In this document: one piece after another, positions 32,239 through 41,462 of the stretch | Position numbering within the stretch: position 1 is the stretch's first letter | Layout of the letters: every line of letters begins with the position of its first letter | IMG/VR virus record: IMGVR_UViG_2858656345_000001 | Direction: 5' to 3' (one strand) | DNA length: 64,000 nucleotides | Source of the DNA: an uncultured virus (IMG/VR IMGVR_UViG_2858656345_000001) | Lineage: Duplodnaviria > Heunggongvirae > Uroviricota > Caudoviricetes | Program-made: the position numbers and the translations under genes | Notes under the pieces: model-generated | The model's database searches: none | The model's input: the letters and a program-made list of their open reading frames with translations, nothing else | Told to the model about the DNA's origin: nothing

Positions 32239-32694
32239 TCAAATGCTCTTTATATCGCTAATGAGCTGCTCAATCATGCGTGGCAACTCCCGTTCCGCCA
32301 GCTGCTCGGCACTTGCTATTACGTCACGGCCTCGGCTCTCGACGTGCAGCGCGTAGTTCATCCCTGCCGTTACGACAAGACAAACACCCTGTGTGCCCTG
32401 TCCGACCTTGTGTGCGAGTGCTTCACCGGTCTTTGCTCCGACGCTGCCACCTTTCACCTCCTCGTAGAGTGAGTGTACGGCAACGCCATCGACGAACACC
32501 ACATACCCGATTGAGGAGCGCAGATTGCCTGTTTGGTCTTCAAAGCCTTGCTCCTTAGGGATGGATCGTGCGTGTGCTACGCACATTTCCCCCAGCTGTT
32601 GCAAGGCTTCAACCTGCTGCCGGACTATCTCTTGCAGAAACGCCTCGAAGCGTCCCCGAACGACCTCCGTCGTGAATTGTGCCTCTACACCCAT
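32239..32694 (-). CDS. Neck protein (HK97 gp10-like)
   Basis: DQTGNLRSSIG and GMNYALHVE motifs. Confidence 0.75.
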   Translation of the reverse strand: MGVEAQFTTEVVRGRFEAFLQEIVRQQVEALQQLGEMCVAHARSIPKEQGFEDQTGNLRSSIGYVVFVDGVAVHSLYEEVKGGSVGAKTGEALAHKVGQGTQGVCLVVTAGMNYALHVESRGRDVIASAEQLAERELPRMIEQLISDIKSI

Positions 32695-33017
32695 AGCCGT
32701 GAATGCAACTGCCCCCTGTCAAACTTAAGCACCTTTCCCCTGATGCGTACCCCGGAGCCATCCTCGCGCTCTGCCACAAACACGCTTGTTCCGTCCTCCA
32801 CCACCAAAGCGCCCTTGGGCATTTGGATAAGTGACGAGAACTTGCGAAATGTGCCATCTGCGGTCTGTACCTCCGAGCCTCTGCCGTCGGTTTCCTCCCT
32901 GCACTTAGACAGGAGTACGGGCTGCTGGGCGTTTTCTGTCCAATAGCCGTCCTCGTCCTGCACGGATTCCCCCGTTGATTGGAGCGCAAACAGGTAATGA
33001 GGGTACTGTATGATCAT
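32685..33017 (-). CDS. Head-closure/stopper protein
   Basis: QDEDGYW motif; synteny. Confidence 0.6.
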   Translation of the reverse strand: MIIQYPHYLFALQSTGESVQDEDGYWTENAQQPVLLSKCREETDGRGSEVQTADGTFRKFSSLIQMPKGALVVEDGTSVFVAEREDGSGVRIRGKVLKFDRGQLHSRLWV

Positions 33018-33018
33018 A

Positions 33019-33333
33019 TCACCAAATGTTCGACCGGTTGCGGATTTTAGGGCGACTAAACAATACATTCTCGCGCCCTAATTCGGCACAAAGCGAAGCG
33101 TAGAAGAATTTCACGGCGTCCATGTTCCACGAGATCGAATAACCGCCCTCTGAAACGTTCTGCACAGCTCCTTTGAGCACTACGGAGAAACGTTTGTAGA
33201 TAGCTTCGTCGCACCTCAAGACATCGACCTCCGCGCCTCCGTCAATCCCTGCTTTCAGCAGGATGACCTCGACGTCGTCCTCCGAGACCCCAAGCCCTGA
33301 TAGGGTTGTGAGTAAGTATTGTTTGTTCGTCAT
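33019..33333 (-). CDS. Head-tail adaptor protein
   Basis: VSEGGYSISW motif; first gene after capsid. Confidence 0.7.
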   Translation of the reverse strand: MTNKQYLLTTLSGLGVSEDDVEVILLKAGIDGGAEVDVLRCDEAIYKRFSVVLKGAVQNVSEGGYSISWNMDAVKFFYASLCAELGRENVLFSRPKIRNRSNIW

Positions 33334-33359
33334 GCCGCCCTGTGTGTGTGATTGAGCTT

Positions 33360-33520
33360 GTGAAAAAGACTGTCCCCGGATTGAGACTTACCTACGAGCA
33401 GTGAGGTACCGGGTCTTTCGTTCGCATTGCCCTGTCTGCTTGCAAACATCAAGGGTTGCCGCTCGTGTCATGAGAGGTCGGCGATGCACCGCCATCTGAC
33501 CGACAGTCTTTTTTGTCACA
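33360..33520 (-). ncRNA. Candidate structured RNA with multibranch fold and 8-bp pseudoknot
   Basis: 12-bp closing stem, three internal hairpins, loop CUGCUCGU complementary to ACGAGCGG; stem non-Watson-Crick pairs are G-U on the minus strand. Confidence 0.6.
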
Positions 33521-33531
33521 GTTTGCGTCTC

Positions 33532-34635
33532 TTAATTCTTAGTCCACGAGGTAGCATTCACTTGCATCAAGACAGAGCGACCGGCCAAGTTCCACGCCGG
33601 GAACAGGTTGCTGATACCCTCTGTTACCTCCTTGACGGGGCTTTCCTCCGAATACTTCTTGATAAGCGTATGCCCATGCATCACCTTCTCGGCAACGCTG
33701 CCTGCGATAGGCTTGGCATCAATAGGACGCTTCCAATATGTGTTTCCGAGCACTTTGCTCTCTGAGAACAGGATAACGTCGTCCTCGAACGGGTTCGACG
33801 TAGTCCTCGTGCCGTCGGCAAGCTCAATTGTGATGTCTTGATCGATCACGATGATTTGAAGCCCCTTGTACAGCTCTTTCTTTCTCGACAGGTAGGCATT
33901 CACCGTCTGCAAGTCAGGCGTGTCGGTGGCTCCGGTGATATTCTCAATCAGCGTCGCGCACCTCTTGATAACCTCCTCCTGTGAAGCGAACTTGGCAAAC
34001 GTTTCAACGTTCATGAACATGAACTTGTAGTTTGCGCCGATAGCTTTACCTTTCTTCAACGCTTCCGGAATATCCTTGCTCAAAGGCTTACCGGCTGTTC
34101 CGCTGGTATACGAAGTCGCAACGCCCATCTTCTGCTCGCTCGGAATCATGTAGTCCACGTCGTACTCAGTTACAACAGCAGCGTTGTTTGAGTTTGTGAA
34201 CTTCACCTTGCCGAGTGAAATCTGCTTGAGTGCGATCCACTCGGCACGTGCAGCAACGCCTTTCCAGCAGAACTCCGTATCCTCCGCCCAAAATTCGATG
34301 AGGGCTTTCAGGTCGGGGTTTCCGGAAGACATCGCAACCATGATGTCATACTCGGTTAGTTCGTCCTCGTTCTTTTCGCGCGAGATCGAAATCTTCGGAA
34401 TATCCCCTTGGATTCGACTGATTGCCTCGCGCATCTTGCGCGGAATGGTTGCACCACGAGAAACAAGGTCGGCAGCAATCTTCAATCCGGCTTGCGCTTC
34501 GAGCATCTTCCACGTCAAGAAGTTGGTTTCTTTCAGTGGGAACAGCGTCGGGTAGTAGTAATCTTTCAGGTCGTAGGTGTGGATCACGGCGGCCATGTCC
34601 TTTTCGTTCAACCCTACCATTAACGTCTTTTGCAT
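33532..34635 (-). CDS. Major capsid protein
   Basis: 367 aa following scaffold and decoration genes; lambda-E-like size and context. Confidence 0.85.
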   Translation of the reverse strand: MQKTLMVGLNEKDMAAVIHTYDLKDYYYPTLFPLKETNFLTWKMLEAQAGLKIAADLVSRGATIPRKMREAISRIQGDIPKISISREKNEDELTEYDIMVAMSSGNPDLKALIEFWAEDTEFCWKGVAARAEWIALKQISLGKVKFTNSNNAAVVTEYDVDYMIPSEQKMGVATSYTSGTAGKPLSKDIPEALKKGKAIGANYKFMFMNVETFAKFASQEEVIKRCATLIENITGATDTPDLQTVNAYLSRKKELYKGLQIIVIDQDITIELADGTRTTSNPFEDDVILFSESKVLGNTYWKRPIDAKPIAGSVAEKVMHGHTLIKKYSEESPVKEVTEGISNLFPAWNLAGRSVLMQVNATSWTKN

Positions 34636-34654
34636 TTCGATAAAATTTTAAGGG

Positions 34655-35218
34655 TTATACGTAGACAATACCTTTCAACGACGCCTTGATGTCTTCATTG
34701 ACCGCCGGCGCGTTCTCTTCTCTCACAACACCAATGACCCAAGCGGATACGAACACGTTCGCCCCCTGTTTGACGTCTTCGTTAGAACCGGCTACAGCAA
34801 TAGGGGTAACCCGGATCGCATCGGTTTCTCCGGCACTTTCATAGAGGCAGGCCCTACTCGTGAAACTTCCCCCAAGCGGCCCTTTTAGCGTGATCACGTC
34901 TTTCTCCGGATTACTCTTGTCGATAGATGCAATCTGCGCACCATTGCAGCTCTTGGCTGCAATGTAGTCTCCCTCCTTAAAGTGGTGTCCTTTTGAGACC
35001 ACCAGCTTTTTGGGAGATGCACCCGAATCCGCTATGGCGTGTACAGTCTTGCAGACTTCGTAAAGCCCGTCTGCGCCCTTGCCGATAGGCGTACCCTCTA
35101 ACAGTGCAGAGCCTCCGAGTTTGACCGTCGAAATGCCGACGCCTCCGGGGATGTCTGCCGTGCGGTGGAGCACGCATTTAATGACGCCTTTGTCTCTTTC
35201 TCTTTTAATACTAAGCAT
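34655..35218 (-). CDS. Head decoration protein
   Basis: DIPGGV, EGTPIG; between scaffold and capsid. Confidence 0.65.
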   Translation of the reverse strand: MLSIKRERDKGVIKCVLHRTADIPGGVGISTVKLGGSALLEGTPIGKGADGLYEVCKTVHAIADSGASPKKLVVSKGHHFKEGDYIAAKSCNGAQIASIDKSNPEKDVITLKGPLGGSFTSRACLYESAGETDAIRVTPIAVAGSNEDVKQGANVFVSAWVIGVVREENAPAVNEDIKASLKGIVYV

Positions 35219-35230
35219 CTTTCCTGTTTA

Positions 35231-35932
35231 TTATACCTCCTTGCCCGTGAGAGTGTTTGCTTCGGACTTCTGACTTGCGATATAGTCGGAGACGGCTTTA
35301 GATGTCCCGTCCTCGGTCTTTTGCGCCATCAATGGGGCACCACCGGAACCGGCCATTTTCGCATTTGCTACACTCTGATTTGCTGCAACGATGTCGGTTT
35401 CCTTTTCTGTCAAGTATTCGTTGAAAGCATTATCGTCGGCAAAGCTCATGCGTGCGAAGTCTTTCAATGTTTGAGCCTTGAAAGTTTCATCCTTGCATGC
35501 TGCGAGTTTCTCCTGCAATGCCTGAAGCCTTGATTTCCCGACTTCTCCCTGCTTGAAACGATTGAGTTCTTCCTGCAGTGGCTTAACCGCTCCGGCAACA
35601 GCTTGAGCAACGATTGTTGCGATGTCGTCTGCCGGTTTAGGATCATCTTTCGGCTTAGGCTCATTTCCTGGCTCTACCTTTTCCACGAGGTCGAACTTCT
35701 TTTTCAGGTTGGCCTCGAATGTTTTGTTTCCCTCCGAGACCTCCTTATCCACATCGGCGCGGAAGTCCTTGATGAACTGCTCCACCTGTTCCTTGGTGAG
35801 CTTCTCTACAAGTGCTTTCGCTTCTTCCTCTGTTGTCGCTTGTACGGCTAAGATGCCGGCCAAGACCTTAAGACCATCTTTTCGCGCGCCTAAAAAGCGT
35901 TGGTTCAGTAGCGCGAGTACTTTTTCTTTCAT
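35231..35932 (-). CDS. Capsid scaffolding protein
   Basis: Charged helical protein with EPKPKDDPKP linker upstream of decoration/capsid genes. Confidence 0.65.
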   Translation of the reverse strand: MKEKVLALLNQRFLGARKDGLKVLAGILAVQATTEEEAKALVEKLTKEQVEQFIKDFRADVDKEVSEGNKTFEANLKKKFDLVEKVEPGNEPKPKDDPKPADDIATIVAQAVAGAVKPLQEELNRFKQGEVGKSRLQALQEKLAACKDETFKAQTLKDFARMSFADDNAFNEYLTEKETDIVAANQSVANAKMAGSGGAPLMAQKTEDGTSKAVSDYIASQKSEANTLTGKEV

Positions 35933-35962
35933 CCTGATTCAGTTACGTTTCACAAATCGAAA

Positions 35963-36021
35963 CAAATCTAAAATGTTTTATATTAAAACACAGACATGCG
36001 TGCAAATACTTATGCTTAAGT
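35963..36021 (-). promoter_or_regulatory. Late promoter of head operon with palindromic operator
   Basis: TAGATTTG -7 box (35963-35970), ATGTTTTATATTAAAACAC (35973-35991), ACTTATGCTTAAGT (36008-36021). Confidence 0.7.
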
Positions 36022-36089
36022 TATCAAGCGCGGGTTAGGGCTAATGCTTCAACACGAGAGTGAGAAGAGAAGAGCGATTTAGTTTTTTC

Positions 36090-36330
36090 AGGTGTTGGTG
36101 GCACAAATGCTGTGCGTTTTGCCCCTATATATCCTATATCTTCTTTTATTCTTACATTCTTATCATTCTTGTTAGTTGTCAGTCGTTTGTCAGTCGTTTG
36201 TCAGTCGTTTGTCAGCTTCTTTGTCGGCGCACTCTTCAATCTGCTGGTAACCCTCCCAATTACAGATAGTTATGAGCCGACTTTGCTTTGTCGATTCGTT
36301 TGTCAAAAATCCGAAGTTTTGGAAACGAAG
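36090..36330 (-). pseudogene. Relic fragment of a phage replication-initiator gene with 11-bp tandem repeats
   Basis: Minus strand reads FGFLTNESTKQSRLITICNWEGYQ...DKRLT then YIGAKRTAFVPPT; 35/36 nt identity to 56459-56494. Confidence 0.7.
36176..36215. repeat. 11-bp tandem repeat TTGTCAGTCGT x3.6 (iteron-like)
   Basis: Direct reading. Confidence 0.9.
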
Positions 36331-36442
36331 CTCGCAACTACATTGTAGCCACCAAATCGCTATATTTGCCCCGTATCACACCCCGGAAGTGGTTGTTGCG
36401 GATTTTGCAACAACCACCGATGGGGCAAAACAGCACAACACA

Positions 36443-37276
36443 ATGAAGAAATTACTACTTACAATGATCGCCCTCGTAGGGCTGCTTGTGGCGTCCTCCG
36501 GATGCAAGAAGAACGAACCGAATAGCCATGATGAAGAAATAAGAGTCGTCGCAACATCAAGCCACAACGATATATACAACGGCTTGGATGTCGTTTTCTC
36601 TGCAATCGTTACAGGGGGAGAAGCCAATGAAGTTTTATTCTATTTCGATGGACAACAAATAAGCTCATTGATTTCACCGCCATATCAGATTAAGTATCAA
36701 ATAAAGGATATTGCACCTGGCGACCACAGGCTTGTTTGCATCGCAAAGGTTTCAGGGAAAGAGTATAGAGGGGAAGCGGTGGTATCCCTAAAATTACGAC
36801 TTGGTGATGAGTATCAAGGTGGAAAGATATTCAGCCTAAATTCAGATGGTAAAAGTGGACTTATAGCCGCAACAAGAGATTTGGAATATAGTAGTCCACA
36901 GGGGGCAGAAGTAGGTTTTTCTTGGGGAGACATCAGCGTGATAGGCACCAGCTTAGACGATGGGAAATCAAACACTCAGATAATGGCTGCACATGCAATT
37001 CACCCCAGCAGTGCAGGTTACCACTTCAAAAATGGATACAACTATAATGGGTATAATGACTGGTATATACCATCTATCAAAGAGCTTGAAATGCTAAAAA
37101 GTATGATGCATCTTGTTGGCGGATTTGTGGAATCGAATGTATTTTGGAAGAACTGCTATTGGTCTTCATCGGAAAAAAGTGCTCAAGATGCTTTTGGGTT
37201 AAACTTTTATGTTCTATCTGCAAACTACGACTTAAAGGTGAAAGTGAAAAAGATACGCCCAATAAGACAGTTCTAA
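36443..37276 (+). CDS. Moron lipoprotein, Ig-like domain + DUF1566/Lcl-like C-terminal domain
   Basis: MKKLLL...SSGC lipobox; GYNDWYIPSIKEL, YWSSSE, terminal IRPIRQF; TATATTTG -7 box at 36361-36368. Confidence 0.8.
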   Translation: MKKLLLTMIALVGLLVASSGCKKNEPNSHDEEIRVVATSSHNDIYNGLDVVFSAIVTGGEANEVLFYFDGQQISSLISPPYQIKYQIKDIAPGDHRLVCIAKVSGKEYRGEAVVSLKLRLGDEYQGGKIFSLNSDGKSGLIAATRDLEYSSPQGAEVGFSWGDISVIGTSLDDGKSNTQIMAAHAIHPSSAGYHFKNGYNYNGYNDWYIPSIKELEMLKSMMHLVGGFVESNVFWKNCYWSSSEKSAQDAFGLNFYVLSANYDLKVKVKKIRPIRQF

Positions 37277-37477
37277 CAAGGAAATCACAGGGAAATAATA
37301 TGCAATGGCTTATCAGGGCAACCGCATCAAAAATTTCGAGAAAATACAAGTTGCTAATTTTCAAATGATTGCATTTTGGAGCTATGGTTGATAATCAGGT
37401 ACTTACATTTTGATGCGGTTGCCCTGATGGCTTATAATAAAGTTTTGCCAGCTCAAAAACATTGCCTACCTTTGCAG

Positions 37478-37648
37478 TGTTGAAACTTTACGAGGGCGAA
37501 GTACAAAGGCTCTCAAATGGTTGAGGGCTATTTTTGTATAGCCACATCGACAAGAAAATAGATATTGGTGTCCATACCCCTGTGTGTTAGCTGTAATGGC
37601 GCACAAAACTTCTCTCGTAGAGTTTCAACAGCAGGAAAGGTGGGCACC
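37478..37648 (+). ncRNA. Structured leader RNA of antirepressor operon
   Basis: Starts just after TTTG-19-TACCTTTG promoter; ~19-bp stem 37478-37496/37612-37630 with G-U pairs; internal hairpins. Confidence 0.55.
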
Positions 37649-37665
37649 TCTTATTTTTTATAGTT

Positions 37666-38442
37666 ATGTTGAGAACTACGGAAGTCCTAAAACAGACGGA
37701 ATTGCTTGGACAACAATTCGAGGTGTACGGCACACCGCAAGAGCCGCTATTCAAGGCGCAAGACATCGCTCTTATGTTATCGCTGAAGAATACAAGCGAT
37801 ATGATTAGCAGAGTAGATGAAGAAGAACGGTCTAAGTTGAACTTAGGGCGTCAAGGCGAAACTTGGATGCTCACGGAAAACGGCTTATATGAAGTCTTGA
37901 TGCAAAGCCGTAAGCCTATCGCCAAACAATTCAAGAGAGGTGTTAAGGCCATCTTGAAAGAGATACGCACGAATGGCGGTTATGTTGCGACCCAAGCGGA
38001 CGACACCCCCGAATTGATTATGGCACGTGCATTGCAAGTAGCACAATCAACTATTGAAAGGCACGCAAAGCAACTCGAAGCCGCCAAAGCTACCGTCACC
38101 AGCCAAAGCGAACAACTCAAAGCCCAAGCACCTAAGGTTGAGTACACCGACAACGTATTAAACTCTGTAAACACCTACACCAGCACGCAGATGGCAAAGG
38201 AACTCGACCTGCGCACAGCGGAGCAGCTACATGACATGCTAAAGGGTTGGGGAGTGATGATCAGACAAAGCGGACAATGGTTGCTGTCTGCAAAATTTTG
38301 CGGACAGAGTTACACAAAGACGCGTACACACTCCTACACTCGCCAGGACGGGACACAAGGCACAAATACTATCACCGTGTGGACAGAGCGTGGACGTTGT
38401 TTTTTGCATCAACTCGTAGCAAAGAAAGGAGGCGCAAAATGA
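37666..38442 (+). CDS. Phage antirepressor (BRO-N + KilAC/ANT domain)
   Basis: EPLFKAQDI, LTENGLYEVLMQSRKPIAKQFK, PELIMARAL, APKVEY, TVWTERG. Confidence 0.9.
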   Translation: MLRTTEVLKQTELLGQQFEVYGTPQEPLFKAQDIALMLSLKNTSDMISRVDEEERSKLNLGRQGETWMLTENGLYEVLMQSRKPIAKQFKRGVKAILKEIRTNGGYVATQADDTPELIMARALQVAQSTIERHAKQLEAAKATVTSQSEQLKAQAPKVEYTDNVLNSVNTYTSTQMAKELDLRTAEQLHDMLKGWGVMIRQSGQWLLSAKFCGQSYTKTRTHSYTRQDGTQGTNTITVWTERGRCFLHQLVAKKGGAK

Positions 38443-38699
38443 AAACAACCATTGAGCAAATCAAGGGTTTACCTGTCAGCGAAAACACGGCTCGATTCAT
38501 CGCCTGTATTCGCACTATACAGGAGGTAGCGGAAGAGGCGTATTCGGCTCTTTCATCTGTGTATAACGAAAAGGTGGCAGATGTCATGTTCAATGAAAAG
38601 TTTCAGGGCTGCTACGGTGGGATGGAAAAAGCCCTACAGGAGTTTGTCATCCTGTCTATTGAAGATAATATGTCAGCAAAAGACATGACAGAGATTTGA
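38439..38699 (+). CDS. Hypothetical protein coupled to antirepressor
   Basis: ATGA overlap, 86 aa. Confidence 0.6.
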   Translation: MKTTIEQIKGLPVSENTARFIACIRTIQEVAEEAYSALSSVYNEKVADVMFNEKFQGCYGGMEKALQEFVILSIEDNMSAKDMTEI

Positions 38700-39026
38700 G
38701 GATTGCGATCTTTGGCGTTGCACCGCGCAGGAATTAAAATTCTAAATGCGACGAAACCACCGCCAATTTGAGCTGTAGCGCGTCCATTGAAGAGGTCTAT
38801 CGAAAGGTAGGCCTCTTTTTTTTTGCGCCCAAACGAAAAAAATCGCACCCGAATAAAAAATTTATTCGCCTATGAATCAATCACTTACAATGTTTCTATG
38901 AATTTTCTTCAAAAAAAGACGCAAAAGATTGTTTGTATGCAAAATATATTTCTTATCTTTGCAGTGTAAAGAGATAACAAACAAGACGTCAAGAGCGCAA
39001 GACGAAAACACCGCGCAACAATAACG

Positions 39027-39455
39027 ATGACAACAGAACAACTGATGAAAGTATTAGAGAGAGAAGACTACAAGAGAGTATCTAACAGAATCTCTGACTC
39101 CGCAGAGAAGCTGGAGGGTTTAATACGCGCTAAGATGGACACGCTCGAAGTGTCCGAAATCAGCGTGAACGGACATCATTATATAGTATCTAAAGTTCGA
39201 AGCAACTCCGGGCACAGCGAAGAATGCCTTGCAAGATATAAATCTTGTGATGAGCAATGCGAGTGGATCGGATGGCGATCCCAGTACTTCTGCGGAGATT
39301 TCCACTGCTGGATAGAGGGCGCGAAAACGAGAACAGAAGTTGAGTTTGTGAACGACGCGAAAGCGCTACTTCAAGCTCTTGATGAAATAGAAACAGAGCT
39401 GACCAAAGATGCGGAAGATGCCTTAGCGAGCGTAAAGGACATTGTAGAAGACTAA
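39027..39455 (+). CDS. Hypothetical moron protein
   Basis: ORF preceded by TATCTTTG -7 box (38954-38961) and followed by a GC hairpin. Confidence 0.7.
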   Translation: MTTEQLMKVLEREDYKRVSNRISDSAEKLEGLIRAKMDTLEVSEISVNGHHYIVSKVRSNSGHSEECLARYKSCDEQCEWIGWRSQYFCGDFHCWIEGAKTRTEVEFVNDAKALLQALDEIETELTKDAEDALASVKDIVED

Positions 39456-39595
39456 CAAAAACCCCACCCCGCGACCTTAGATCAGACGGGGTGGGTGCCC
39501 AAAGGCGGCAAACAAGAAAGCCGCCGATGGGTTAGCAAAAATAATAAAATAAACAACAAGACCGAGGCTCAATGTGATAACCGAGCAATAACGTA

Positions 39596-40531
39596 ATGAC
39601 TGCAACCAACAACGAAACAAAGAGTGTCCATATAGATAAAGAAAACGAGCGCAAATTCGTGGAAACCGGCCTCGAAAGAATATATGAAATATCCGCAGAG
39701 GAAAAAAATATGTGGGGTCGTTGGCGCGGGCAAAGAGACCTAACCAATTCTATCAAAAAAAATACTGACGCCATCATCGTCGGTATCGGGGACAAAGACG
39801 TGATCGCGGATGTCCCCGGATTTTATTTCATAAAGACAGCCCAGATAAACAAGATTGTCGAAGAGGGTAAGCGGCTCGGTATAACGATCCGTTACAAGGA
39901 TATAACAAGCTCATACAAGAGCTTGTTAGAGAAACGCTATGGGGTAGACCAAAGCGTGTTTGACACTTGCACCATAGAGGGATTCACCTCTGTGGATAAG
40001 GGCTTCTATATGGGTGGAAAGAAAGTGCGTTTCCGCCCAATAGAAACGCTAAAGACCGGGGTGTGGAACCACTACCCCGAAGAGCTATACGGGTACGAAT
40101 GGTGTGCCAGTATTAACAAGTACGCCACGGCAGGAGACTTGTGCAGGCTGCCAAGCCTGCTCCCGGATGACGGGAAGATTTACACCCTCTGGGTGGAGAT
40201 AGACGGAGACTGGTGTGTCTTTGTCCCGGACAGCAGCAAGCGAAAGTCCTGGAAAAGGCTGCCTGTTTTGTTTAATGCATTTGCAAAAAACATAAGCAGC
40301 CCGTGGAATATAGATAATCAAAGCGCATATTATGTGCGCCAGGACAATTGGGGCATCGGAATGCGAAGCCGCTATTGTGGGGAAATTATGATAGTCTATA
40401 GGCACGAATCAAATCCGTGCCCGCTCGCGCTGCAGCTTTCTCATGAGGGGTTCCTTAATGAGCTTGATAAAAAAAGAGCTCTTAAGGCAAGAGACGAGTA
40501 CTATAGTAGGCTAATTAACCCACGGTCATGA
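39596..40531 (+). CDS. Hypothetical 311-aa protein
   Basis: Long ORF, ATGA-coupled to recombinase. Confidence 0.7.
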   Translation: MTATNNETKSVHIDKENERKFVETGLERIYEISAEEKNMWGRWRGQRDLTNSIKKNTDAIIVGIGDKDVIADVPGFYFIKTAQINKIVEEGKRLGITIRYKDITSSYKSLLEKRYGVDQSVFDTCTIEGFTSVDKGFYMGGKKVRFRPIETLKTGVWNHYPEELYGYEWCASINKYATAGDLCRLPSLLPDDGKIYTLWVEIDGDWCVFVPDSSKRKSWKRLPVLFNAFAKNISSPWNIDNQSAYYVRQDNWGIGMRSRYCGEIMIVYRHESNPCPLALQLSHEGFLNELDKKRALKARDEYYSRLINPRS

Positions 40532-41421
40532 GTACTTCCCGTATAACTACCTGCCTGCGCGCATATTCAGCGTGCAGGAGGTGTTCGTCTAACCACAAGG
40601 GTAACATGCGCAACGCAGCACGTTACCTTGAAAGGTATGAGAAGTATGTAGGGCACCACATAGAGGGAAAAGACTTCGACTATCTATGTATCGAGAGCTT
40701 TTTCGCCTATATGCGGCAAAACCACGATCTGAGACATAATACTATCGTCAAGATTGCACAGACGATCGTGGCGGCCGTGAACCGTATGCGGAGGGAGGGA
40801 ATACAGGTCGGGCGCGACTACGAGGACTTTACGCTTAAAGAGGAGGAAGTCACAACGGTTGCGCTCTCCGATGACGAGATAGAGCGAGTCTACAACCTCA
40901 AACTAAGCAAGAAGTCCGCAATCATACGCGACTTATTTGTTTTCGCCTGCGAAACGGGACTGAGATACTCTGACTTAGCTGCCTTGCAAGACGACAATAT
41001 ACAGGGCAACATCTTGACTGTCAGAACAGCCAAAACGGGCGCACTTGTTTGCATCCCACTCCGCAGACGTGCACGGCAAATCATAGTCAAGCACGGTGGA
41101 GTTGTCAAGTATAAAGACTCGCAAACGAACTTTAATAGGTGTGTAAAAACGCTTTGCCGAAAAGCTGGCATAACAGAAAAAGTGCTGTGCGAATACACTC
41201 GCGGCACCCGATTTGTCAGGCGATCTATCCCGAAATATAAGCTCGTTTCAAGCCACACGGGACGGAGGTCGTTTGCGACAAATGCGTACTTTGCCGGAAT
41301 ACCCACAGTGCGCATCATGCTTATAACAGGGCATAAGACGGAGCAAGCCTTTTTCCGCTACATCCGTGTCGGCAAAAAGGAGAACGCAAAAGCCCTGTCA
41401 GAGCTTCCTTTCTTCAAATGA
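40528..41421 (+). CDS. Tyrosine recombinase lacking arm-binding domain
   Basis: RDLFVFACETGLRYSD, KTG, SSHTGRRSFATN, TGHKTEQAFFRY. Confidence 0.88.
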   Translation: MSTSRITTCLRAYSACRRCSSNHKGNMRNAARYLERYEKYVGHHIEGKDFDYLCIESFFAYMRQNHDLRHNTIVKIAQTIVAAVNRMRREGIQVGRDYEDFTLKEEEVTTVALSDDEIERVYNLKLSKKSAIIRDLFVFACETGLRYSDLAALQDDNIQGNILTVRTAKTGALVCIPLRRRARQIIVKHGGVVKYKDSQTNFNRCVKTLCRKAGITEKVLCEYTRGTRFVRRSIPKYKLVSSHTGRRSFATNAYFAGIPTVRIMLITGHKTEQAFFRYIRVGKKENAKALSELPFFK

Positions 41422-41462
41422 GTAGGAAACATTTTTTGTACCTTTGTTGAAAATATTGACGT

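Noticed and set aside
33515..33531. GACGCAAA (minus strand) resembling a c-di-GMP-I riboswitch core
   Set aside because: Required upstream GGCAAA..GAAA hairpin is absent
36097..36132. Repeat pair with 56459-56494 as a possible DGR TR/VR
   Set aside because: Only 36 bp with one mismatch, mid-gene in a replication initiator, and no RT in the window
36176..36215. 11-bp tandem array as CRISPR
   Set aside because: No spacers, units too short, no cas genes
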